From: Callorhinchus milii
Lineage: Eukaryota
Direction: 5' to 3'
NCBI RefSeq assembly: GCF_018977255.1
Contig: NW_024704742.1
Location: 4,900,001 to 4,964,000, forward strand
DNA: 64,000 nucleotides
The notes beneath the pieces were generated by a model. The model saw only the letters and a list, made by a program, of their open reading frames with translations. It was not told the origin of the DNA and did not search any database. The translations under genes were made by a program, and so were the position numbers. Shown piece by piece: positions 53,501 to 64,000 of the stretch (the first letter of the stretch is position 1; the number at the start of each line of letters is the position of its first letter).

Positions 53501-56500
53501 GTGAAGAGCTTTGAGCCAATTGCGCACAGCGGTGTCCCACAAACAGTCGTGGAGTGGGAGTGAGTGACCAGATTATTATTATTCGCTTATTTCATTTCTT
53601 GCATATTTAATTCTTTTTGGAGGGATCGTTACCCCCAGAAAGCGATCCGCCAATCGGCTTAACAACCAGGTGCTTACTAGGTAAACAGAGGAGTGAGGAA
53701 ACTCGTTCAACGCTTCACCCTGCTCGAGAATCGGACCCGCTTCTTCCCGCTAAATAAATAATTCTTTTGTTAAATAAATGCCAGTTGTTGTTGTACAGTT
53801 TTTCTTAGCAAGGGGGTGGGGGTGGGGGTGATGGGGAGAAAGCAAAGAAAAACCACAGCCAGGGCTGTTGCTTCTGACTGCTATCGAGTGACCCGCTGCT
53901 CAATCACAGTGCACAGTAACAAGCCATATAGCTTATCCGTTTTGTGCTGGTGTTTTGCTTCACATGATTCAATCCCACTGTCCAGCTCCCAGATATGCGG
54001 AGATTATGGAAAGGTTGAAGCCGTGAAGGAATTTGAAGCCAGTCAACCAGGGGAATGGCAGCGTGGTGCATTAATTGACAATCTCTGCCAAAACTCATGG
54101 ATTTCAGCAATATTCACAAGAAAAATGAACATTGTTTCTAAACCTTTTGTAATAAACTGTTAAATATTTCCTGGTACAGAGATTACGTATCGGGAGTGGG
54201 AATACAGTGTGTTTACGTGTGGCAAAGTAAGAAATAAATCACAAGTTACATTTGTAAAGTGAAACAAGTTACTGCATGTGGAAAAAAAACCATAGAGTCA
54301 TCATAAGTCACCACTCTCATTGAAAGGCTTACAATTACAGTGGTCAAGAGTGTATTACAATACAGATATGAAACGAAAACCGCTTGATCCAACAGCAGTA
54401 AACAAAGAGGGCACCAGCAGCACTTAACCGTCCCAGCCAAGAAACGTTTGGTTAAGCTCCAGCTAAGCCTGGCACACAGCCTCGCAATCCCGAATCAAGA
54501 ACATCACACCAGAGCGTAAAGAGTTTGAGTGGTACAATGAGGATCTTACAGAACACACAACCCTCTTAATCAAATGAACAGTGATATGGATTTGTCAATG
54601 AACAGAATGAAGGCTGGAAAATAAACGATGGAAGAACAGTTCCGATAAATACGCATCTCCAATTATAGTTTACTTTTAGCCCCTCGATTGTCAACTCATG
54701 TTTTGAAATTAAAAGTTCAAGGAAACCAACTGTGTTTTTCTGCTCACTAAGTGGGTTTATCATGTAAGCAATTGAGCCATACAGACCAAGGTCATCCCAG
54801 CTTCAGTGTCTGGTCTGTGCTGGGTTAGCTGATCTCGCTGTGGTCAGAAATAGGAGCGAGTCAATTGGCGTCAGCTCCAGGAGGGAGAAAGGATAATTAT
54901 CCCTGTTGGAGCTGTCAGTATGGATGCAGATAAGGCAATGGTAGGACCAAGGTTGGCTGTGATGCCTCCCACAGTCAAACAGCCTGCCGATACTCAATGT
55001 CAAGGATGGCGTGTGAATAATAGCCATGGGGGCAAGAGACCAGAGGGACTGCAACCCAGGAGAAGCAAATGCGTAAGTGTCTTCAGAGGAATTTGTAAAA
55101 AAAAAATTATTATACAGAACGATTGGTGGAGAGAAACTAATGAAGGAAATAAAGTCTACAGTATATGGGTTTGAGTGACGGGAATATCTATTAAATCACA
55201 TCTATTAAACTCATTGATATCGTCTAATTCTAGTTCCTGATCATGCCAGCTTTGGGAGATGGTCAGTGGTAAAGCATCTGCCGGCAATACAATGTAGGGT
55301 CTAAGCTAACATGGGCTATTTATTCAGCGTTAGTGGGCCCCTGTGAAGTTCAAAGGACAGTGGTAATGAAGCCAGGAAAAGTGGTGTGATTTTAGTGTGA
55401 CCTGGTAGTGGAGACTGGCTTAGTAAAGAATCCTTAGGGAAAGGCTAGACGATCACTATGCCAGTCTCAGCCAACTCCAAGCAGCCAGGTCAACAACACA
55501 TCACTGGGCTGGGATCAAGCTGTTAGTCAGGGATAACTGTGTGGCTCGGGAGGAATGTTTAAACAGAGAAAAAATACAAGAAGGACCAATGCCTTCCACA
55601 CAAATTTAACAGTATATCAAAATGTTGATCAAGAAAAAGAAACGTTTCATCACTGGATGACCTGACGTTCCAATAAGATTAACGTTTCTCACCTGCAATG
55701 TCACAAAGTTCAGCATCGGTGGCATTCGCCAGGGCTTCCTCCAGCTCCGGCTCCAGAGTAACGCTCTCAAGCACCGCCTGGACTGGCTGCTCTTTAGCAA
55801 CCCAAGGCTTTCCTGCAACAAGAGAAGCACAAAATGCATTTTAGTACATTATTTAGTCGATAATAAATTACTGAACCGACCTGAAGATGGGGAAGGAAGG
55901 GACAAGATGGAGGGATTGAGGAAGAATGTTTCAGAAGGTCGGAGGCAGTTAAGCCGTGGTAGTTCAGAAGCCTAATAATATATAATAATAATAATATATA
56001 AGAATAATATATAATAAAAAGAATAATCCTTGCATTTGATATTGCACTTTTCACATCAGGAGGACTTCTCAAAGTGCTACACATGAGTTGAGTAGTGTAG
56101 TGACTGTGTATTTTGTAAACAAACGTGTTACCCAATTGGAACACAGCAATGTCCCCAAAACAACCATAAAGTGAATGACTAATTTTATTTGGGGGATTGT
56201 TTTCCAAAACCCTGTAAGAATCATCCTTCTCTTTGTGAACAGTGGCATAAGATCTTTAATGTCCACTTGAACAGGCAAGTGGGATCTTGGTTTAACATCT
56301 CAACCGAAGGACGGCACCTATGGTAACGTGAGCCTGAATATATGAGGCTCAACCTTGTGAAGGTAGGGTAGGGGCAGGACCATGGAGGGATTTAAAAGGG
56401 AGGACGAGGATCTTGGGGTGAGGAGCCAATGCAAGACGCACACGAAGGGGAGATGACAGGCTCACGGAGTCAAGTGTCAGAGAAGACATGAGCTGCAGAG

Positions 56501-59500
56501 TCCTAGATGGTCTGTAGCTTCTCGAGAGAAGACTTGGGAAGTCTGGTGAGCAGAGAGCTGGCATAGTCAAGCCTTAGACATGATAAAAGCAGAAAAGGAT
56601 CTCAGCAGCCCGAGGGGAGACATAATGGGGGTAGTGGGCAATGTTGCAGAGGTGGGGGTAAGCTGAACGGGTCATGGCACGGATGTGGCGTTTAAAGGAC
56701 AGTTGAGAGTCAAACAAGTCATTGGGTTCCACCCTGACCCTGTGAGGTGGAGTGTCCATGGAGATACTGATGCTGTCAGCTCCTGAGGTGAGAAGGTGCT
56801 AACAGGAGCCAAGCAGGAAAGGCAGTGAGGAATAGAATGGTCGACAGTGTCAAATAAATCAGGAAATTTCCAAATTGCCCCCATGAATGGCTCCCAACGC
56901 TTAGCACCCAGTGTAGCCTTGTTCTGAAGCTCCACTTAAGCCCGACAAAAGTTTTTAAACGTACGGATGTTTTATGCTTTTTGGTGCCCCCTGTTTTACC
57001 CAACGTCACAATCCTGAAGCCTTTCGGGGGAGTCAGTCTGCCACTGAGTGCAGGGAGAAGACAGAGCAAAACCGGGAAGCGACGAGTCATTTGAGAGGAA
57101 AGGGAGGTTGCAGATAGGATGGCAAGTTATGGAACAGGGATGGGTCGAGGGAAGGTTTTTTGAGGATGCAGGTGATGACAGCTGTTTTGAATGGGGTAAG
57201 AACTGTGCCGGTGTACAGAGAGAGGTTGATGACGTCTGTTTGCAGGGCAAGGAGGTGGGGTGTCCTGCACCAAGCTCGGTGACCTTATCACCCCCAAGTT
57301 TTGCGACAAGTATATTTTTATAACACGTGAGACAAGTATATAGTTTATGGAGCTGTGCGGCTTTTTCTGCTGGTCTGGTACCTGGGGAGCACGTTGTAAC
57401 TACTAATATGGCTGCACTTCCTTCAAACCACTGGCCTGGAGCCCTGCCAGCTCTATATAAAGAAAAAAAGTCTCCAGCCACCACTCTAAATAGCCACTAG
57501 ACGTACCACCAGAAACATGTGATACCAACCTCCAGAGAACAATGTGTTCACAAAGTTTGCCAACAGAATAGTCGCTGCATTTTGCAGTAATTGCTTATGA
57601 GAACAGTAATGGAGCTGAGAAGAGAACATGAAGCTGGATCTCTATAACATGAAATAAAACAGAAAAAGGAGGAGAAAACTGATGCACTGAGCGTGGAACA
57701 AGGCAAAGGGGACATGAGGAGAATCTGCTAATGTTAATGACTGAAGAATCAGTAAGAGGGAGCAGTGACCATTTCAATGTGTGCTATGATTGGGAAATCC
57801 CATCATAAGTGGACATTAAGTGATCACCACACAAACTAAATGGGTAGGACAACACCCTACAGGTACTAAAGGAGTCAAAGGAACAAAGTAAAGGAAGGAG
57901 TGTGACTGAGAAGAACTTAACGGAAATCAGAAGACTAAATTCTATACAAGTCAAATTGACGTAAGGTTCATATGAGACCTTATCAACCTTCAGTTTTCCT
58001 CTAAACTTTGGGATAACTCTGCAATGTAGTGGCAATGAGGTCATTCAGCCACAGTTCAGTGAAGCAAAAAATGTATCTAAATGTTCACAAGGATTACAGG
58101 ACTTTGTTGGCATAAACGGTTGCTGCGTTTGTCGATAAAACAGCTGCTGCATTTTGAGGTCATGATCTGTGAAGTGGTCTGAGACAGGTCATAAGATGTT
58201 ATTAAACTGTGAATTCTTTCTTTCCTCTATGATGATGATCACAGAGCACCAGGAGTACACTGCTTGCAACACGCAGAGGTCTACAGCCCAGTGACGGAGG
58301 GATCGATTTCAATAATAATCCTTGCATTTGATGTCCCGACTTATCATTTGGAAACGTCTCAAATCACTCACCTTCACGGAAATTTCTGTAAAGTGTACGG
58401 ACAGCGTATTTAGGGGTAACATTTGATGGGTTTTTTTTGAAAAAAAACCTTAAGAAATTTCATCACTGAGTCTTCGCTAAGTCATCACGTCTCAGCCACA
58501 GGAGCAGTGAGAAACACCAAGACTTTTGCTTCATTGCTATCACTGACACAGAGGGGGAAAAAAAATTAGCTAAGGTTTCTGCTCCTGATTGTCATCCAGT
58601 GATCCTTATTCACAAGTGTGCGCATGTGGACAACGGAGAAAGGAAACGAAAGGCAAAATACTGCAGATGCTGGAACTCTGAAATAAAAATAAAAGTCGCT
58701 GAGAGCACGCAGCAGGTCAGGCAGCATCTGCGGAGAGTGGGAGTCGGTTCAGCTCACGCTGAAATAGCCTCCCGACCCTCGCTGTTCAATTCCGCAGATG
58801 GAAATAGGCACTTGGGAGCAGTGGCAAGGGCCGTTAGCTGCCACGGAACTAAACCACTCACTAACTTCAGTAAAGGTGGGGAGAAAATTGGGAAAAAGTT
58901 CAGCTACCTTTATTGGATGAGGCATTTTCATTCCCGTGAACAAGCTACAAGAACTCAAATGCGATCATGCAACAGCCTAATGCTGAGACTAAATTTAACC
59001 TGACAATCTCCTCAGGAATTTGAGAATAGAAGGCAGGGCGTTGGGTGGGTAAAATGTGTAAGCTGGAGCACACAGCAATGTGCGAAATAACACCTTTGTT
59101 CAACATTTAATGATGAAGCAACTCCATTTTCAATGGATTCCTCTTCCCTAAATCTGTCTTTCTTCACAGGAGCAACATTGCCTGGATTAGAGAGGCTCGG
59201 AGTACCAGGAGCTACAGTCAGACTCAGAGGGCCATTGAACAGGGGAGTATCTGCATCTCAAAATAATCTAATGAATAGTCAAGGTGGTTTAAAGCAAAGG
59301 TAGCCAAAACTTTTCAAATAAAATATTCTTCTCTAACCATTTTTGTGAAGGACAAAGTTATTATGTCTACAGTTATTATGCCACATAAGTCATATCAGTT
59401 GGGATCATCACATTTAATACGACGTATGCAAAGTATGAGTTATGGCAAACTTGCATAAGTCATATCATAGGAAGGACGGGATTGTGGAGGTTCTGGAGGA

Positions 59501-62500
59501 ATGAGATTGGATGGGCTGAAGGGCCTTCTTCATTCGAATCTCTTCTAATCCTGCGAGACAATTTATGCTTCTGTATTCGTAGAGTTATAGAATAAATTGG
59601 CGAAGAAACCTTTTGATGGTACATGGTAGAGCCCCAATCCCCAGAGAATTATTAAAAAATACCTACATAACATAAGTTCAATTCATGGTATAGTATCATA
59701 GACAACAACAACAACTTGCACTTACATAGCACCCTCCATGCAGGGTAGTGTCTCAGAGCGCTTAACAGTAGAGGTACCTAACTCCGAGCCGGCGGGGAGG
59801 GGGGAGGTGGGACCCAAATTGACCTGCAACAATGCTTTCCAGGACTTTAGCAAAGAAGGGTAGGGTTGGAGATGGGATGGCAGTGTGTGAGATAAGAGGG
59901 ATCGAGGATGGGTTTTTGAGGAGAGGTGTGATAACAGTGTTTTTCAGGGGGAGTGAAACGAAGCCTGAGGAGAGAGACTGGTGTTGGCCGTGTTGGCCAG
60001 CAGGAGGGAGAGAAGGGGGAGTTGACTGACCAGCAGCTGGGTGGGGAGGGGGGTCAAGGTAGCAGGGGGTGAACTTTATCCGGGTGATTGTGGTTGAGAG
60101 GGAGGAGGGAAAAATGGGGGCAAAGGAGTGTAAGGAGGGAGGAGTGGCAGGAGCTGTGGTATGGCAGCTCATAAGAAAATCCTTGCTCCACTCTCTATAT
60201 CTAACTTTGACTTTTATCCTCCAATCCCACAAATAATAATATTTGCATTTGATAGAGTGCTTTATCACGTCATCAAAACGCTTCAGTGTTCCACAGGATT
60301 TCCTGTAATGGGTAGTGATTGTATTTATAAGTAAACGAATATGGCAGCCAATTTGCGCACACAAGTGGTCGTGAAATAAATGATCAATTTTATCTAGAAC
60401 CTGGTTGAGGGGCCACCGAATATTGATGCATGGAAAATGGAGGGAAATTACTAAAGGTTCATGGTTTTGCAGACAATAGTACTTGGCTACCACACCAATT
60501 CAAGCCAAGATACCAGAAATTCACTGTGAGTCACTATATAGCCCTTTTGATAATCCAGGCGTTGAACCATGGATACGAGTCAAAATAAGTGTATTCTGAG
60601 CATAACAATCAGAAGTATGGCATTTACTGGCACTCTTCCAACAGAAGGTGCTCCAGATGATACTCTCATCATGGAAGAATTTTAGTTTGCTTTGTGACTG
60701 CAATGAATTATAAATCCCGATGCCGAGGCATTAGGGCGTGTCCGATTAATTAATCAAAAACAGTCTTTAAATCAACCAAATCGGTACAGTCGGTCTAAAG
60801 TTTAGATTTCTGTATTCTTAAATTATTTATTTGCCGAGAATGCCAAAGTAGCAATTCATTGCGAAACAAACATCCTTAGACTTGTCCTATTCCACAACCA
60901 CAATACTGTACTTAAACTTTGTTAAGTCTGGGAAGATCAATGCGCCTCCTTCAAATGTTCCAGTAATTTACAATTAAATCCACTCAAGCATTTGAAGGTC
61001 AGCTGTTGGCAGATTTTGGTGGCTGTTGGAGCAGAGTTGGTTGGGGGGAATTTAAAACAAAATTGGATAAACCAAAAACAGAGGAAGGATATTTGACGAT
61101 ACAGGAAAAGAGAAGTGAAATAAGATCAGGATGGATAGCAAACACCAACACAAAAATGCCGTATATTTCTCTGGTTCGATAGGTATAAATATAGAATGAT
61201 TTATTGTAAAAGGTACTTTTACTACACTATTTTTGAGTGCCAGTTTGCTTAGAACAATACTTTGGAAAGCAATTTTAAGTCCTTTAACAAATGTGCCAGT
61301 AATGTTCCTAGTTCCAGGATGCAAAACCAGTTCCATTCCTCCCTTTTCAGTCTATCTCCCACTTCATCAGCCTCTAGTTGTGTCTCGTGAGGAATGTTGT
61401 GGGAACAATCATTACCCAGCTCTGTTATCTCTGCCCTATTTTCTTTCTAATTTCTATTCTTGGCTCCGAGGCAAGATAAACCCTTCAATCTGCAAGAACG
61501 CCTAATGGTTTCATTTACTACAGATGTGTAAGTGTTTATAATCTTTTTGACTCAGAGCAACTGCACAAACAATGGCCTTGCTGCAGCGCTCTAAAAGAGA
61601 CTGGTAGATCTATTTCTAATTCTAGTTATAATCTCTACAGCTCAATTTCTCCTGTGTGGATGTTTTCTTGCTGACTACTCCTGGTATTTGGAGGATATGT
61701 GATGAGCAAAACCATCTATCCTCCAGGACAATCTGTCAAACTCCAATGAGCCTTTCGCACTACATCACTACACCATGCTCGATAAAAGGGCACAGATTCT
61801 GATCAGCGGTAATTAGAAAACTCCCAAGATAAGAAACGCAAACCATGAAGACATATGAACCTAAAAAAAACAACTCAGAACAAATCAGTGGCACTCACTT
61901 GTCTAACAAACAAGAAAGCAATCAGTTACCAAGCACATGAAAGTACCAAGCCTATGATATAACAACGACGACAAAGTTATATGTATATCGCGCCTTTCCC
62001 ATCGGGAGGACGTCCCAAGGTGCTGGAACGGACAGAGTTACGGACCCGAGCTGGGGGTCGGGGTAGGGCAGGGGGGAGGGCAGGGAGGGAAAGCACAGTC
62101 GAAGAGGAGGGTCTTGAAGGTGGCGAGGGATCGGGGGGTCGAGACGGAGGGACTGCAGGATGGAATTCCAGAGGGTGGGCGCAGAGTAGTGGAAGGCCCC
62201 CCTGCCCGCTGATAGTGGGGCGAGTGAGGCGGGGGACGTGAAGCAGGCCGGAGCCCGCTGAGCGGAGGGAGCGAACAGGATGGAAGGGGTTTAGGAGGTC
62301 GGAGAGGTAGGGGAGATATACGAGCCAATCTGAAGAGTGCGGAGGGGAGGGAGCAATTCTCTCCTGTGCTGATTGATAAAAGCAGCAATCTTTCCACTAT
62401 ATTTTAAGAATTAGTGGAAGCTGGAACCCAAGGACTGCAAAACTGCCAATTGTAAAGAATTTAAAAAATAAATAAATAAACTTAGATGACTCAGTTGTTA

Positions 62501-63019
62501 GCACTTTCACCCGCGGGTCAGAAATATGGGTTCAAACCTTCTCACCTCAGGCAGCAACAACAGCAAATTGCATTTATATAGCGCAAAATTTTTGAAGGAA
62601 TTATTACCCCCGAAAAGCGATCCGCCAATCGACTAACAACCGGGTTCCTACTTACTGTTAGGTAAACAGAGCCGTGTGGAGTAAGGAAACTGGCCCAAGG
62701 TTTCGCTCTGCCGGGAATCGAACCCAGATCTCTCACTTGCGAGGCGAGTGCTCTGACCACTGAGCTACAGGACTCCACAGTCCTGTGTGTACCGACAATT
62801 GAGAATAAAAAAAATCATTGCGACCTCCATAAAAACTGTTCCTACAAAGACCATGTACATACCTCTCTTTTCTCCTGTATAAGGAACCAGGTCTTCTCTG
62901 TCCTTGTGCTCTTTCGCTTCTTTCTCCAGGTGATCGAGAAGCTGATCTCTATTCAGAGGACCTGTGGGTTCCTTTTTTGTCTGATCTTTCTGCCTTAGTC
63001 CTGCAGGTAGGAGGTCATT
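41510..63019 (-). CDS. TMOD1: Tropomodulin-1, last 8 coding exons (319 aa); first coding exon lies beyond the window end
   Basis: [14 protein letters not shown]...[21 protein letters not shown]...[46 protein letters not shown]; the C-terminal tail and position next to TSTD2/NCBP1 favour TMOD1 over paralogues. Confidence 0.93.
42030..42440 (+). mobile_element. CR1 3' end fragment
   Basis: Similar to 28500-28980, ending GATGGGCTGAATGGCCT. Confidence 0.6.
45240..45384 (-). CDS. TMOD1: TMOD1 coding exon 8
   Basis: [48 protein letters not shown]. Confidence 0.95.
45803..46209 (+). mobile_element. L2-clade LINE 3' end
   Basis: Very similar to 10960-11345; (TTG)n tail. Confidence 0.85.
46330..46413 (-). 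pseudogene. Decayed intronic duplicate of TMOD1 coding exon 8 (pseudo-exon)
   Basis: Gap-free match to 45259-45342 at 66/84 nt by hand count; [28 protein letters not shown] vs [28 protein letters not shown]. Confidence 0.85.
47370..47513 (-). CDS. TMOD1: TMOD1 coding exon 7
   Basis: [48 protein letters not shown]. Confidence 0.95.
47795..48152 (+). mobile_element. L2-clade LINE 3' end
   Basis: Same 3' UTR and tail motif as 45803-46209. Confidence 0.75.
48218..48325 (-). CDS. TMOD1: TMOD1 coding exon 6
   Basis: [36 protein letters not shown]. Confidence 0.95.
50102..50225. repeat. (GATATA)/(ATATCA)-type low-complexity repeat
   Basis: Directly visible. Confidence 0.85.
50262..50392 (-). CDS. 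TMOD1: TMOD1 coding exon 5
   Basis: [43 protein letters not shown]. Confidence 0.95.
50700..51115 (+). mobile_element. Deu-domain SINE (SacSINE1/AmnSINE1-related), near full length
   Basis: tRNA-like head plus GATGAGATGTT...GAGGTCCT...ATTAAAGATCCCACGGCACTATTCGAA Deu-like core and L2-type tail; family name from recall. Confidence 0.7.
51986..52075 (-). CDS. TMOD1: TMOD1 coding exon 4
   Basis: [29 protein letters not shown]. Confidence 0.95.
53320..53425 (-). mobile_element. Penelope-like terminal repeat fragment; related copies at 58655-58740 and 44620-44710
   Basis: Shared CTCAGCAGGTCAGGCAGCATCT..GGAGAG; degenerate hammerhead-like core. Confidence 0.5.
54770..55060 (+). mobile_element. Ancient SINE-like repeat (AmnSINE2-like by recall); fragments also near 285, 10441, 15340, 20170, 22060(-), 53850, 58550, 63460
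   Basis: GAGCCATACAGACC...TGGTCTGTGCTGGGTTAGCTGATCTC...GGCTGTGATGCC...AGCCTGCC; multiple diverged copies in the window. Confidence 0.5.
55693..55812 (-). CDS. TMOD1: TMOD1 coding exon 3
   Basis: [39 protein letters not shown]. Confidence 0.95.
56360..57300 (-). mobile_element. Degenerate L2-clade LINE ORF2 fragments
   Basis: [33 protein letters not shown] motifs on the minus strand. Confidence 0.7.
59703..60170 (-). mobile_element. L2-clade LINE fragment with tail
   Basis: [11 protein letters not shown]...[11 protein letters not shown]; (TTG)n tail at 59703. Confidence 0.75.
61960..62345 (-). mobile_element. L2-clade LINE 3' end
   Basis: Reverse complement of the L2 3' UTR seen at 45803-46209. 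Confidence 0.78.
62551..62776 (-). mobile_element. tRNA-derived SINE (tRNA-Ala-like head), internally deleted
   Basis: Head GGAGTCCTGTAGCTCAGTGG...GGTTCGATTCC with Pol III A and B boxes; body shared with 10060-10275, 24600-24796 and 53620-53750. Confidence 0.8.
62863..63019 (-). CDS. TMOD1: TMOD1 coding exon 2
   Basis: [52 protein letters not shown]. Confidence 0.95.
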
Positions 63020-64000
63020 CTGGTGAAGCAATGAAATACAATTTAAATATGTTGCTATGATACGTAAATAGACAGTGCTTTCCAATTACTTAGCCTTGAG
63101 ACAGACCTCGAGTGAAGACAGTGGTGCATGACGTTATAATTTTGTTTCTTCTCAATTCCTTCAGTAAGGGAGCTGGTGGAGAACTTTCTCAGAAGCCACA
63201 ACAGTGCTGGCGTCTTCTTAGATACCCAATGTAGAGGATGGGGCAAACCCCACTCCTGTCCCATGTGCCAGAGGGTGTTACCGTGTTGTATTATTTCTTC
63301 TGTTTTCAATTTATGTTTCAATTTAATTACTGTAACGGAAAGGTGGGAAATCCGAACAGAGAAGCTGCCAGCAAGGCTCATATTAGTGCGAGCAAAGTGG
63401 CGGAAATCTCTTCCGCTGACGGAGGGACAGCAGGGGTGGATGATATGAAGCAGGAACCAATTGCCTAGATAGCAGTCCTGATACCTGGTAAACTCTGAAC
63501 GCTGGAAGTTCAGCATATGTGAACAACAGGTGAGAACAGGATTGGGCTACAATGTGTGGCTCCCCTCTCCCAGACTGAATAGCCTGCCAAGGCTCAGAAC
63601 ATTAACTGTCTTTTTGGGTAAAGCATTTAGCAGGTTGTAGACACCTGTGGAATGATACACTCAGCGTCAGGATAGGGATGAATTAAAAAAGAATACACAC
63701 ACACACAAGAAATATTCCCCCCCCCAAAAAAAGCCAAGGTTGAATATTGAATATTAAATATTATCACCAATAATAGAAATAATAAATGAATGTGAAATAA
63801 AAACAACTCCACTGTAACAGGAAGAAAATGTATTAGCCCAAATCTGCACCAAATATTCACACACGTAAAACGAATAGACTTTAACACACGTGGGCCATAA
63901 CAAAAGTAACAATGATAAATTATACTTTCTACCACGTATACCAATGTTTCCACCTCCGTCTGCACCTCACAACCGAAACCCTTGTCCACGCCTTCGTCAC

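Noticed and set aside
57310..57495. TATA- and MEF2-like AT motifs in a TMOD1 intron
   Set aside because: Imperfect matches, and the TATA is on the opposite strand to TMOD1; insufficient support
61344..61370. CUGAUGA...GAAA hammerhead-like core on the minus strand
   Set aside because: Stem II is only 3 bp and there is no valid stem III/NUH or stem I
62703..62776. tRNA-Ala(CGC)-like sequence (also 35874-35945 and 24725-24796)
   Set aside because: The acceptor stem does not pair, and the 62703 and 24725 copies run into a SINE body; these are SINE heads, not tRNA genes

Overview
Vertebrate genomic DNA. The repeat content (tRNA-derived SINEs with L2 tails, Deu-domain SINEs, CR1 and L2 LINEs) suggests a cartilaginous fish, possibly a chimaera; this is an inference. 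Three intron-containing genes were reconstructed by hand from splice sites and translation. NCBP1/CBP80 is on the minus strand (coding exons 1-21, ATG at 23317, 3' end outside the window). TSTD2 is on the plus strand (apparently complete, about 467 aa), head-to-head with NCBP1 across a CpG-island bidirectional promoter. TMOD1 is on the minus strand (last 8 coding exons), tail-to-tail with TSTD2. This is the same gene order as in human. Notable points: a 1-nt frameshift in NCBP1 exon 15 (probably an assembly indel), a U12-type intron in NCBP1, a decayed duplicate of a TMOD1 exon that could act as an alternative last exon, splice acceptors built from retroelement tails, a CR1 inserted into an L2 at the homologous RT position, strongly AT-to-GC-shifted SINEs flanking the CpG island, a pre-miRNA/MITE-like hairpin and a hammerhead-like relic. 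I found no evidence for a wholly new multi-gene system. Exon numbers count coding exons; repeat boundaries are approximate. Comparisons with human proteins and repeat consensi are from memory, not database searches.
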